Source: Eledone cirrhosa (Eukaryota). From it: a stretch of DNA of 64,000 nt. Under the pieces are notes generated by a model, which saw nothing but the letters and a program-made list of their open reading frames with translations, was not told the DNA's origin and did not search any database. The position numbers and the translations under genes were made by a program. The DNA lies in NCBI GenBank assembly GCA_964016885.1, contig OZ024743.1:375658001-375722000 (forward strand), read 5' to 3'. This document shows, piece by piece, positions 42,832-54,846 of the stretch (position 1 is its first letter; every line of letters begins with the position of its first letter).

Positions 42832-45800
42832 ATAATAATAATAATAATAATAAATGTGAAGACTAAAATCCAAAGAGGGCTCGATAAGGAGGATAAATAT
42901 ATATCAAATATATAAGGGACCCTAGAGCAAATATTTATTAAAATAACAGATTAATGTTTAAGCAAAGAATCGCTGCGTTCACCCTTAACGGGATCTTCTG
43001 AAACTAAAAGAAAAAAGAAAAATAAACCAATCTGTGAGCGCAGAAGTAAATATTCCGAAAAACGTTGCAACCGAAGGAAAACAGGAAGATGATACTTTGG
43101 TTCGTGAAGACGTTCCCTGGCAATGAACGGAAAAAAGCGAAGATAATACGTCGTTATGTGGATCGGTGAGAACAAATACACGCAAATACAAAATCACGTT
43201 TATTGTAAAATAGAGTCGTAAACTAATATTCTATTTCTCGACTTCGGAGTTAAGAATAATGTAAATAAATTAGTAGAACGAAAATGTCATAGGTTATTAA
43301 AATCATAAAAGTAATAATAATTAAATATATACATACACACATCTATATACGTACATACACATGCATACGCGAAAACACCCGCCATACATGCACGTACACA
43401 TAAACACGCGCACACATACATAAACCCGCACGACACATGTACCCGTACACATACGAACGTATACACCAAATACACATAAAAAATATGTGTGTATATAATT
43501 ATATAAACGTATATAAGTAACACATTAATTACGTATATCACGCACACACACACACACACACATACCTACAGGTAAATACGCATATGTTCACCAAACGTAC
43601 GTATACCAAATCTCAATGTATACATATACACACCTTACATACGTGCAAACACGCATACACGCATACACACACAAACACAAAATACACATATACACATAAC
43701 CCTATACACATATACCAGAATATATAATATATACACCTATAACAAATACAAGCATATATACATACGAGAAAGTATACGTACCTCCACAAAACATACAGGT
43801 AAGGTATACTTACCTATACAAATAAGTAACGGTATAAACATGAAATATACTTAGCTACCACATCAAGACGTAAATTATCCGCGTATTGTTCGTACTATCC
43901 GTTAGGGTATAATGTGGGGCTGTAATACAGGAAAGATTTATGCAACTTGTGTTTACAAGCCGAAATTGCCTCAGATTTTTTGTTTAAGATTTGATCATTA
44001 GCGTAGAGTATTTCCAAGGCTTCAGCGGTGCAAAGATCGCATGGTCTTTTATTTCCGTTATACGATCTAGCCCTAGCTAGGATCTCCCAGTGTAACCTAT
44101 ATTGGGTGTGGTTGTCTTTTAGACTCCAGATATAAGCTGAAAGTGACGTCATATTCCTTCTTAAAGGGTTAAGAAAAGAAAGAGTGTGCATGTAAAGACG
44201 CTGCTTGAATCTATTGGCGGTTAACCCTATGTAGACCCTACTAGACGTGGGTGTTTCGACCTTACATTTGTAGACAATGTTACTGGATAGGTAGCAGTCA
44301 ACACGATTCCTACAATTACAGTTAGTACTAGCTACAGGGTTGTACGTGTTCCTACGGCTAAGTAATTTACTAAATTTGAAGTAGTGATATTATGTGCAAA
44401 GTTAGGAGTAAGATATTTTAATGATATTTCTATTAAAAATGTTATTATATTTATGTGCTGAGGCGAAATGCTTCTTAATTAAGGAGAGAAGATCTTAGCT
44501 AATGGTGGGGCCACCTCCATATTATATGGTGGGTTATACCATATAATGCGTCGGGATCTATTTTTCCTAGGTTTATGCTCATACTTAGTATATGCTACCT
44601 TATCGACAATTCCACACCGAGCAAGAGCTTAATTGTAATATGTGGAATGGTCGGTGAAAATATGCTCGTTTGTAGATAGACGGGAAAGCCAGGTTCTTTG
44701 TTATGCTGGCAGGATGGTTAGAATGCTTACTGATGTAATTAAGCGTATCATTCGGCTTTCTATTCGGGTAGTGCAAGCCATTCGACAAATTGAGGGTAAC
44801 GTCGAGGTAGTTTACGACCGAGAGGTTGGTCTCAACATGTTTGGAGAGGTTGAAGCCTTTAAAGAAGGCTGTGAGTTCTTTTCTAAACCTGTCGCAAGCG
44901 CGGGGACCACACTTTGTCATGGTCAAAAGACCGGCATCGTGGTACAAACCACCGCCCACATTAGGTAATTCTTCCCTGATAGAGAAAAGAAGGAAAAGGC
45001 CGATAAGATCTGTAACCTCCGCCGAATCGCTGGTGCCCATACTCACGTCGAATGGGGTACTATTAGATTTTTTTATCCAAATAGAGTCGTCGAAATTAAT
45101 CACCGACTTACGGGCATTGAGGATGACATCAACTTCGAAATCCTTAATCACCGTGAGCGTTTTAGCGAAATTGATAGCTTTAAGAAATGGTAAAGTGATG
45201 GAGGAGTAGTAGTTATTGATGTCGAATTGGATAAAACAGCAATGTTCCTTGTTGTATATGCCATTGAACCAATCAATCACCGCGAAAGAATTATTCCACA
45301 GTGCAAGAGGGGCCAAGCTTCCACTTTCAAGTATAATTCTATCTAAAATCCTTTTACTAAGTCTACCTAAATCAGACTTCGTAGGGTTAATTAGTCGAAT
45401 AGAAGGATTGTTAGCGAAATTGGGTTTGTGATCCTTCAGAGTAAAGTGGGAAGAAATAGGATCCAGAGGTTCAGTCCGGTCCTGGATGTTGAGTTCAGAA
45501 GTGGTTTTAAACCCAGCATCGTTGATGTCATTAATGACACTCCAATTGGTTTTCCGGTAATCCTTAGTTACAGCATTATGTAGCAGTTGATGGTAAGTAC
45601 TTCGTTCCACTTGATATAGATTACCAGTTTTGTAGGAATGGACGTGCACGGCATTAGAATCCATAATAGCACGAATCCTATTCTTCAGGTCCTGATGGAA
45701 GGAATTGCTCCTGTTCCGAAATTTGATACTCCGTATGAGTTCCAAGACATCGTTTTCGAAGGGTAGCAAAGCTGAGCTACTCGGAGGGTTATTATAAGTT

Positions 45801-46258
45801 TTAAACCCAAATTTATCCTGTTTATTGTCCGCTTTTTCCTGGTTATCGAAATAAAAGGCACGCCAACGCAACCTTTTAAGGAACGAATCCGTTTTTTTAT
45901 AACAAGTTTTAGATATGTCTTCCTGCTAGGTACGGGTATGTTCTTTGTAGAAATATTCAGGTGTTGTTTCTGCATGATGAATATAAGTCAATAGAGTGCT
46001 CAACCGAGAGAGCCAAATAGTAATAATAATAAATGTTGCCAATATACCGTATGTTTAATTAAAAACATTTAGAAGACTATTCGCTATCATTTTTAAAGTA
46101 GTGACTATGTCACTTACTTATATTTTCGGCAAAGGCTGGGAGAATGGCTGGCAGCTGTTTCTCGCTGACAGCTGTCAGCCATTCTCCCAGCCTTTGGTAT
46201 ATTGCCAAATATACTATACATACATTCATGTATACATAACTATTTCAGAGCACCAATA

Positions 46259-46350
<92 letters not shown>

Positions 46351-46584
46351 CAAAAGGTAATCAGAAATAACAATAAAATCAGTACAGTATATGGAAGGAA
46401 TATATTAGTTAGAACGCTTGAAATAGCAGGAAGAGGATCTTAACGTTTCCGACGCTAGTCCTTCACCAGAAGAAAGAATGAATATATATATATATATATG
46501 GTCGTTTTGGAAACCTCAACACTTGTTGAGGTTTCCAAAACGACTATTTTTTCTATTCCACAATGCTGCAAGCAAACTTTAACA

Positions 46585-46629
<45 letters not shown>

Positions 46630-46867
46630 AATTGCATTATTTCATGGTTTCATTCGAATCTTTGATTTTCTTTCTCATTTTTATCTTTTTCTTCTCCAGA
46701 TAACATGGAGTAACGGTACCAGCGACGGTGTCCCCGTTGATGTTCGAACATCAGAACCTAAGTCTAAATTAAAAGCCAAACGGATCGATGTTATATCTCG
46801 AGTAGCATTCCCATCGTGCTTTTTCACGTTTGTAACACTCTACTGGGTGTTCTATTCACAAAAGTGA
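20065..46867 (+). CDS. Cys-loop ligand-gated anion channel subunit (glycine receptor / GluCl-like), 8 coding exons, ~408 aa
   Basis: join(20065-20156,26001-26065,28726-28793,30383-30609,32589-32671,37157-37288,38187-38578,46700-46867) = 1227 nt, all GT-AG and phase-consistent. It encodes a signal peptide, WTDPRL, IWVPDLYFANEK, the Cys-loop CPMTLEKFPLDTQMC, a loop-C Cys pair, M1-M4 and the PAR motif. Confidence 0.92.
20695..21119. mobile_element. Fold-back PLE-type element with hammerhead motifs (intron 1)
   Basis: Arms ~20785-20944 and ~20952-21111. Hammerhead tattttat-CTGATGA-stem II-GAAA-TATATATA-ataaaata at 21016-21080. Same family as 55317-55770. Confidence 0.8.
21121..21310 (+). mobile_element. 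tRNA-derived SINE, near full length
   Basis: A-box-like TGGCAGTGTCGG, B-box GAGTTCAAATCC, conserved core and an AT-rich tail. Confidence 0.85.
22690..22984. mobile_element. hAT-type MITE inserted into a SINE
   Basis: Imperfect TIRs CAGGGTCGGATTTA / TAAATCTAACCCTG, with an 8-bp TSD ATAGTACC at 22682-22689 and 22985-22992. Confidence 0.85.
24570..25262 (-). repeat. 103-bp x6 tandem array derived from the terminus of the same hAT MITE family
   Basis: Units start CAGGGTTGGATT at 24570, 24673, 24776, 24879, 24982 and 25085 and match the reverse complement of 22862-22984. The sequence then continues into the MITE body. Confidence 0.9.
25540..25668. ncRNA. Palindrome of two back-to-back minimal hammerhead motifs
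   Basis: + strand: ggctttc-CTGATGA-TTTC(catt)GAAT-GAAAC-AG..CT-GTA-gaagcc (25604-25655). The - strand copy has CTGACGA (25554-25601). Confidence 0.72.
26001..26065 (+). CDS. Coding exon 2 (SKVIQNLTDGYDSGISPHFDL)
   Basis: tttatttcag|g ... ttgg|gtgag; phases 2/1; matches the N-terminal helix and YD..I.P motif. Confidence 0.85.
28154..28650 (-). mobile_element. Three tandem SINE copies
   Basis: Head-to-tail repeats of the main SINE. Confidence 0.85.
28726..28793 (+). CDS. Coding exon 3 (DVPTEVKVHIYISSFDSIRESAM)
   Basis: ttacag| ... atg|gtgag; 68 nt; typical beta1 strand. Confidence 0.9.
29715..30390 (+). repeat. 33-bp minisatellite (~20 units) made from the exon-4 splice acceptor
   Basis: Unit TCTAG|GACTATACCATTTTTTGTATTTCTACTA; the last unit runs into GACTATACAATG (exon 4). 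Confidence 0.95.
30383..30609 (+). CDS. Coding exon 4 (DYTMNFIITQKWTDPRL...IWVPDLYFANEK...GTVVYRA)
   Basis: Loops D, A and E of the Cys-loop ligand-binding domain; ag|gtaaat donor. Confidence 0.95.
30977..31574 (+). mobile_element. Putative Helitron/Helentron-type non-autonomous element with an internal 57-bp x3 repeat
   Basis: Starts ACTAGCAGAAAAACCAC..GTGGTTTTCTGCTAG (hairpin) and ends ...ttattatagtttagat. Layout resembles 37787-38146 and 41068-42535. Confidence 0.5.
31620..32100 (-). mobile_element. R4/Dong-type non-LTR retrotransposon 3' fragment (REL endonuclease), decayed
   Basis: Reads LWDFRIQTD, KEKEKINRYQDL and IWNCHEIKVVPIIIGTL across frames; adjacent to (TAA)n. Confidence 0.75.
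32589..32671 (+). CDS. Coding exon 5, Cys-loop (LTMTSACPMTLEKFPLDTQMCSVVIKS)
   Basis: 83-nt exon, ttccag| ... t|gtaagt, encoding C-x13-C. Confidence 0.96.
32674..35040 (+). repeat. 35-bp minisatellite (~67 units) starting at the exon-5 donor
   Basis: Unit AAGTACTCTCTCTCCTCTTCA(C/A)CACTACATACAG(C/G/A), with occasional 31-bp variants. Confidence 0.95.
35062..36800 (+). repeat. G-rich 16-17-bp minisatellite (TTAGAATAAGCGGGGG), roughly 100 units
   Basis: Read directly; variants include TGCAATAAGC and TTGTAATAAGC. Confidence 0.95.
37157..37288 (+). CDS. Coding exon 6 (FVYTPDNVVFRW...MAQFEI...DCTGHFE)
   Basis: ttgcag| ... g|gtatgg; loop B, loop F and the first loop-C Cys. Confidence 0.93.
37787..38146 (+). 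mobile_element. Putative Helitron/Helentron-type non-autonomous element
   Basis: ACTAGACCACCCG..GGGGT start and ...acagacaagc...ttttagtagtagat end; lies 40 bp upstream of exon 7. Confidence 0.45.
38187..38578 (+). CDS. Coding exon 7 (loop C end, M1, M2, M3, start of the intracellular loop)
   Basis: FTCIQADIFLNR, FIPSTLIVVISWVSFWL, AVPARIALGSTTVLTM, LPPVSYIKAIDVW, VFAALLEYALV; tca|gtgagt donor. Confidence 0.96.
41068..42535 (+). mobile_element. Putative Helitron/Helentron-type non-autonomous element
   Basis: 5' ACTAGCATTAAAGCCCGGCGTTGCTCGGG (a related start is at 50907) and 3' GACAGACAGAC...TTTTATATATATAGAT. Confidence 0.55.
41338..42075. repeat. 91-93-bp x8 tandem array
   Basis: Unit GTTTTCTAAATTTAAGACAGTAGGGAG...GCTGTTTCTAGCAGGTTTAGTGACCTCATAGAGGATATGT. 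Confidence 0.92.
42855..46200 (-). mobile_element. Penelope-like retroelement (Naiad-like), near full ORF with frameshifts, antisense in intron 7
   Basis: RT: FIQFDINNYYSSI, FDVSMGTSDSAEV, GLYHDAGL, VNYLDVTL. GIY-YIG: CNCRNRVDC, IVYKCKV..VYIGLT..FKQR. C-terminal CDLC..E...LNKKSE...CKH. Element boundaries are approximate. Confidence 0.85.
46700..46867 (+). CDS. Coding exon 8 (M4 and stop: KAKRIDVISRVAFPSCFFTFVTLYWVFYSQK*)
   Basis: cttctccag| acceptor in phase 0; ID..SR..FP......YW is the M4 signature. The ORF track missed this exon. Confidence 0.93.
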   Translation: MTWSNGTSDGVPVDVRTSEPKSKLKAKRIDVISRVAFPSCFFTFVTLYWVFYSQK

Positions 46868-47409
46868 GCCGAGAAACAAAGAAATATTTAAACCATATAT
46901 ATATATTTATAAAACTGAGAGAGATAAAGCTGAAGCTAACAATGACTGACATTTTAACACAATTAACCAATAAATATCCAAATGGAGGTAGAACGAGGAA
47001 GGAAAACAAATATAGGACGAACGAAACTATATTGTGCTAACATCTCCGCGTTTCTTTTCTCTCACACACTCTCTCTCTATTTCTCATTCGCCATTTTTAT
47101 TGGCTGTTTTTCAACAAGTGAATCTCTATTTTAAGCAACAGCAGTCATCTTTACAGAACCAAACATTTATGTTAATATTGCTGTGATAATGTTACAGTAC
47201 CTCCCTATTAATATTATTACTATTACTCTTATTTCTTTCAAGATCTTTGATATCTGAAAGGAAATTGGTTTGTTTCATAAAAGGGATTTCACAAACATTG
47301 CAAATTTGATACAAACGGAAACTATTATGAAACAAATGGAGGAGGAACAAATGGTTGGGCTAAAATGTTATCACCAATAAAATACATACACATACTCACA
47401 CACACACAA

Positions 47410-47599
47410 GTGTATATGTGCATATATATGTGTGCGTCTGTATGTTTCTATATTTATATATATGTATATATGTATGTATATGTATACATATATATATATA
47501 TATGTGTGTATATATGTATGTATATGTATACATATATATATATGTGTGTATATATATATGTATGTATATCTATATATGTATATATATGTATGTATATGT

Positions 47600-47641
<42 letters not shown>

Positions 47642-47758
47642 ATATATATATGTATGTATATCTATATATGTATATACATGTATATATATATATATATATG
47701 TGTGTATATATATATGTATGTATATCTATATATGTATATACATGTATATACATGTATA

Positions 47759-47804
<46 letters not shown>

Positions 47805-48092
47805 CATGTATATGTACATACATAAGCACAAATATATATACAAATACACACATATATATATATATACAGATATACATATATATAAACCTATACAAATATA
47901 TATATATATACACGTATATACATTTATATATACACAGATATACATATATATATAAACGTATACCAATATACATATACACATATATACATATATTTACATG
48001 CATATACATTTATATATATAAATATATATATATATATATACATACTAATACACATATTTTACATATATATAAACATACTAATATACATATAT

Positions 48093-48136
<44 letters not shown>

Positions 48137-48205
48137 TAGATAGATATATATATATACTAATATACATATATTACATATATATATATGTACATACTAATAT
48201 ACATT

Positions 48206-48243
<38 letters not shown>

Positions 48244-48252
48244 TAATAGACA

Positions 48253-48320
<68 letters not shown>
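47410..48320. repeat. Degenerate (TA/TG/CA)n array
   Basis: Read directly from the sequence. Confidence 0.95.
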
Positions 48321-48322
<2 letters not shown>

Positions 48323-48676
48323 AAAAAGGGATGAAATCGAAAATGCAACTGAAGTCTTATTTTTTTTTTAAATATATATATTTATTTGGTTCCTTTACCG
48401 GTTTCGCAGTTCTTCTGCTTTTCAAAAGGTGAGTTGAGATGGAGGGTCTGTGGTTTTTCTCAGATGTGAGAAAAACCACAGACCCTCCATCTCAACTCAC
48501 CTTTTGAAAAGCAGAAGAACTGCGAAACCGGTAAAGGAACCAAATAAATATATATATTTTTAAAAAAAATAAGACTTCAGTTGCATTTTCGATTTCATCC
48601 CTTTTTCTTTATACTTCCACTCGTGTAGGACACCTCGGTTATTTTTCATTTTGTAAAAAAAACCTCACTTTCTAAT
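48318..48676. mobile_element. ORF-less palindromic pLTR of the 14360-16768 PLE family, inserted in (TA)n
   Basis: 48318-48462 is the reverse complement of 48467-48611; hammerhead variant at 48500-48537. Confidence 0.85.
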
Positions 48677-48970
48677 ATATATATATATATACATATACTA
48701 ACAGACATATTATATATATATATATATACTAATAGACATATATTATATATATATATATACATACTAATATACATTTATCACGTGTATAAATATATATATA
48801 CATACTAATATACATATATTACATATATATAAGCATATGTATATATACATATGTATATACATATATGCATATATATCTATATATATAAACACATACATTT
48901 ATATACATTATTTCTATACATCATATATATATACACATTATTTATATACATCATATATATACATATATCT

Positions 48971-49004
<34 letters not shown>

Positions 49005-49782
49005 GCCTAACATGATTATACTAAGCGAGAAACTTTAGTGTAATCGTGTTATAATCCTGTCTATTTCAGTAACCATCATTCCTTCTTCGGTGTTTCTGTG
49101 TTTATTAAGTTTGTGTTTCGAGAGACTGACGTCAGTAGAAAGTCTGACTCGTCCTGAGAAGAGAGAGAAGAGAGAGAGAGAATGATGTAACACTGAAAAA
49201 TATTGAACAAAGAAGAGATTCATTTAGTTCTGGTTGCTTTCAGGGACATCTATTGACCAATCACAGCAATCCGAGGTTCATCACGTGTGTGTCTTTTGAT
49301 AAATTACAATAGTAAGACTCCCTCTCCACTCTGTTGTTGTGCCAGATGCGACTCCACGATCAAAACACCAAGTAAAAAGCAAGAAGCAAAAATAACAAAA
49401 CCTATTGAATGATTGCAGACGACAAATATTATCCTAATGATTTCTACAACATTGTTAATCTTTGATTCTCATTATTTGTTCTATTCTTTTTTAATCGAGA
49501 TTCCAAAACATGGGCAAAAGAGAAAAAAATAACGAACAAACAAAATTAATCATTGTGTGATCTAAAACGAATTTATATCTCATACATTTTTTTTTTTTAT
49601 TTAAAATATTCTTTTTGTTATCTCGTCTTTTTATTTTTTTTATTTGTTGTTTTTGTTTTATTTTTATTGTTGTTTCAGATATATTTCATTCAGTTGATTT
49701 ATTTTTATTTTTTGTTTTTTCTTGCATCTACTGTTGTTATTTTTATTATTGTTATTATTATTATTATTATTGTTATTGTTGT

Positions 49783-50712
49783 TAGGGCGGTGTGTTGGCA
49801 GAGATGTTAGAGCCTCAGTCAAAATATTTAGCAGTATTTGTTTCGGCACTTTACATTCTGCCGAGGTTAACTTTGCCTTTATATCCTTCTGGAGTTGATA
49901 ACATACAGTAGCAGTCAAGTACGGGGTTGATATAATCGACTTCCCTCAAAACTGCTGGCTTTGTGCCAAAAGTAGAAACAATTATTAAGGTATGGGTTTG
50001 ACAGAGTTGTTAGGGCGGAGAAGTATTTGTTTTGGCTCTTTACGTTCTGAGTTCAAATCCCATCGTGGGAAAATCTGCCTTTCATCCTTCCGGAGTTTGA
50101 TAACATTTAGTACCAGTTAAGTACTGAGGTCGATGTGATTGACTGCTGTTGTCTTTCCCTCAAATTGCTGGCCTTGTGCCTAATTTAGAAATTATTATTA
50201 TTATTATTATCATTGTTATTATTATTACTAGTTGTAGTAGTATAAGTGGATTGGCGGAGAATTAGTAGTAGCGGATTAGGACGGTGGGTTGGCAGAATCG
50301 GACACCATGCTTAGCGGCATAGAGTTACAGCTCTTTACGTTCTGAGTTAAAATCCCGCCGAGGTTAGCTTTGCCTTTCATCCTTAAGGGGTCGATAAAAT
50401 AAAGTACCAGTAATGCACTGGGGTTGATTTAATCGACTTTCCCCTCCCCAAGATTGCTGGCCTTGTTCCTAAAGTAGAAACAATTATTATTTGTAGTAGT
50501 AGTATGGCGATGGATTGGTGGGGTCGGTAGAGCGTTTGACAAAATGTTTTGCGGTATTTAGCTACGATGTCGTCGCTCTGAGTTCAAATTCCGCTGGGGT
50601 CAACTTTGCCTTTTCCTCTTGCACAATAAAATGAAGTCCTATAGATTGATATAAAAGACTTGCTCTTTTACCCCAAATTGCTGGCCTTATGCCAATACTA
50701 GAAAGAATTATT
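49783..50712 (+). mobile_element. Cluster of four same-orientation SINEs
   Basis: Repeated SINE cores separated by (TTA)/(TAG) tails. Confidence 0.85.
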
Positions 50713-51581
50713 ATTAGTAGCAGTATACTTGTTTTTCTTGCTCGATATCAAATGGAGGTTTTAGAATAACTTGTTGAACGTTTTACTTAACAACAACAGC
50801 CACGTCAAGATTTAGAAAAAAGAATATTTTCAATCAAAATTTTTTGGTGAAAAAGGAATCTAGAGTTTGAAGATTTTCTAACATCGTTAAAGTCATGTTA
50901 GTAAATACTAGCAGAATGGCCCGGCGTTGCTCTAGGGTTCATATATATTTCATATCCTAAACGGACGGTAGTCCGTTTAGTAATATTGTTGTGGTCGTGT
51001 TTTCGTTGGCAATCGTCTATTTACGACAGTACAGCGCGGCTCTACTTTATTTAACTGAGATAAAACTTATATGAGCATGAACAGTACGTAGATCATTACG
51101 CATCTTTTGGCTTAAAAATCTAGAAATTTGGTCCAGCGGGAAAAAGTTTATAATCAAAGTTTGCTGATAAATCTTGTGTTCAAGTGAGTGAGTAGTAAGC
51201 GTGACGCTAGAGGAGGTAATCCAGAAATGACGAATTTTTTTCGGCGGAACTCTTGTGATTGTGATTACGTTAGTCAAATGTAGTCAATTTGCATGGGTTT
51301 TTGTCCATTCTAAAAAGTTAAAATGATAAAGTATTACTACTATATAACTTACATTTATTGTTGTAACACCATTGAAATGCACAAGTTTCACCAATTCACT
51401 ATTATGCACTAATCATCTCAAATGCATTCATGATTTACTAGCTTTGTCATTAAGCCAGTTGCCTCAACTAGATTGCAATTATACTCAAAAGAACTTTAAA
51501 ATGTCAATCACTTGTCAGTAATTCACTATGATGATTTAATTATTAGATAGTTGTTGCTTGCATTGCCTTAAAAAATAGTAG

Positions 51582-52676
51582 ACCAGATAGAAAAATGCGT
51601 ACAGCAAAAAAAAGTAATATTGTTGGAATATAAACCTTTAAAAATACAGGACAAGAAACTAAAATAAAACTTTAAAAGAATAGGACAAGAAACTAAGATA
51701 AAACTTTAAAGAATTGGACAAGAAATAAAAGATTTTACAATAATATTAGTGGCAACATTTTTTTATTCGTTTCCTGTGCTATGCCCCAGTATCTTCTTGA
51801 TTAGTGCATAATAATTGTCATGCTCTCATTGTGCGTTGCCCCTGAGCGGTTGGTTCTGGTTGGGGTTGGTTGGCTGAGCAGTTCTGCTCCGTCAGAATGA
51901 CCATTGCAAGAAGAATTGGCCGATGCAGCGGCAGGTCTCCTCCAAGAATGCACTTCTGGTCCCGCAACACCAGACGAAGATGGAGAAGACGACCGGGACA
52001 AGATGTCGACTCTGACCACCGACTACGGCACCTCCCTCAACCACCGGTCCTCCCTCCCTCTGTCCCGTCATCCCTCCAGTCCTCCTGCTCCCCCTTCCTG
52101 TACCAGAAAGCTGTGGCACGCATTCATCTGGACTGCCGGACTTGAACTCAAGGACAAGATGCAAGGAGAAGATGGACGGGTTGGTCAAGATCAAGGATGA
52201 GCGGGACGACAAGACCGTCCGCTGCTGCTCAAGATCTGTGCTCATGGGCCCATGGGTCCATTCACATGATGCATGACACATGAGGCGTGTCGCCGAATGA
52301 TGAAATAGGGGTATGGTTATGGCCCAATTGGTGTTCAAACCAGGATCAAATGATCCCTCTGGTCTGACGACGACCTCTGAATGTGGAACCCAGAGCCTAT
52401 GAATGTGGAACTCGATTTTTTACCAATAAAAATTTTGCCACTAATATTATTGTAAAATTTTTTATTTCTTGTCCAATTCTTTTAAAGTTTTATCTTAGTT
52501 TCTTGTCCTATTCTTTTAAAGTTTTATCTTAGTTTCTTGTCCTATTCTTTTAAAGTTTTATCTTAGTTTCTTGTCCTATTCTTTTAAAGTTTTATCTTAG
52601 TTTCTTGTCCTGTATTTTTAAAGGTTTATATTCCAACAATATTACTTTTTTTTGCTGTACGCATTTTTCTATCTGG
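51582..52676. mobile_element. Element with long terminal inverted repeats containing 34-bp subrepeats and a GC-richer core
   Basis: 51582-51755 is the reverse complement of 52435-52676 except for subrepeat copy number. Confidence 0.75.
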
Positions 52677-52756
52677 TGTATTTATCCTTATCGAGCCTCG
52701 AGAAATAAATACGTTTGTTTAAAATATTATGCTCCATAGCTAGGCTACAATTCTAC

Positions 52757-52895
52757 TGTATGTATGTATGTACATGTGTGTGTGAATAATTTATGTTCAC
52801 ATACATGTGTACACACACACATATGTATATACATATATATATATATATGTGTGTGTGTATGTATATGTATGTATATGTATATATATGTATGTATG

Positions 52896-52972
<77 letters not shown>

Positions 52973-53033
52973 GCATGTATATATATGTATGTATATATAT
53001 GCATGTATATATATGCATGTATATATATGTATG

Positions 53034-53096
<63 letters not shown>

Positions 53097-53112
53097 GTAT
53101 ATATATATATGT

Positions 53113-53174
<62 letters not shown>

Positions 53175-53211
53175 GTATGTATGTATATATATGTATGTAT
53201 ATATGTGTATG

Positions 53212-53298
<87 letters not shown>

Positions 53299-53341
53299 GT
53301 ATGTATGTATATATATGTATGTATATGTATGTATGTATATG

Positions 53342-53398
<57 letters not shown>

Positions 53399-53568
53399 GT
53401 GTATGTATATGTATGTATGTATGTATGTATATATATATATGTATGTATGTATATATATATATATATGTATGTATATATATATATGTATGTATATATATAT
53501 GCATGTATATATATATATGTATGTATATATATATATGTATGTATATATATATATATATGTATGTATGT

Positions 53569-53609
<41 letters not shown>

Positions 53610-53679
53610 TATGTATGTATGTATATATATATATATGTATGTATGTGTATATATATATATGTATGTGTGTATATATATG

Positions 53680-53725
<46 letters not shown>

Positions 53726-53827
53726 TGTATGTATATATATATGTATGTATATATATATATGTATGTATATATATATATGTATGTATATATATATATGTAT
53801 GTATATATATATATGTATGTATGTATA

Positions 53828-53860
<33 letters not shown>

Positions 53861-53871
53861 ATATGCATATG

Positions 53872-53918
<47 letters not shown>

Positions 53919-54177
53919 GTATGTATGTATGTATATATGTGTATGTATATGTATGTATGTATGTATGTATATATATATATGTATGTATGTATATATATAT
54001 ATATGTATGTATATATATATATGTATGTATATATATATGTATGTATATATATATATATGTATGTATGTATATATATATATATGTATATATATATGTATCT
54101 ATATATATATATGTATGTATGTATATATATATATATGTATGTATGTGTGTATATATATGTATGTGTGTATATATATG

Positions 54178-54237
<60 letters not shown>

Positions 54238-54277
54238 TATGTATGTATATATATATATGTATGTATATATATGTTTG

Positions 54278-54309
<32 letters not shown>

Positions 54310-54560
54310 TGTATGTATATATATGTATATATATGTATGTATGTATGTGTATGTATATATGTATGTGTATGTATGTATATATATATATATGTATGTATAT
54401 ATATATGTATGTATATATATATATGTATGTATATATATATATAGGTATGTATATATATATATGTGTATGTATATATATATATGTATGTATATGTATGTAT
54501 GTATGTATATATATATATGTATGTATATATATATATGTATGTATATATATATATGTATGT

Positions 54561-54601
<41 letters not shown>

Positions 54602-54760
54602 TATGTATGTATATATATATATGTATGTATGTATGTATATATTTATGTATATATATATATGTATATATATATATGTATATATATATATGTATATATATAT
54701 ATGTATATATATAAATGTATATATATATATATGTATATATATATATGTATATATATGTAG
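52757..54760. repeat. Degenerate (TATG/TA)n array
   Basis: Read directly; source of the long Y/I/H/M/C ORF artefacts. Confidence 0.95.
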
Positions 54761-54846
54761 GAGGTGAGTTTTATTGTAGTACAATAAAGCAATGCAGATA
54801 TCGGATAAGAAGCACTCTACAGTTTGTAGGACTGGAGTATACATAA

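Noticed and set aside
20065-46867. Assigning a gene symbol (GLRA/GluCl) or calling it a cephalopod chemotactile receptor
   Set aside because: Orthology cannot be established by eye. Chemotactile receptors are nAChR-derived cation channels, whereas this protein has the anion-type PAR motif and a GlyR-like layout.
46969-46974. AATAAA polyadenylation signal (another at ~47376)
   Set aside because: The motif is too common in AT-rich DNA to call without transcript data.
51801-52338. Short GC-rich ORFs as a host gene exon
   Set aside because: They are enclosed by inverted repeats, interrupted in all frames, and show no recognisable intact domain.
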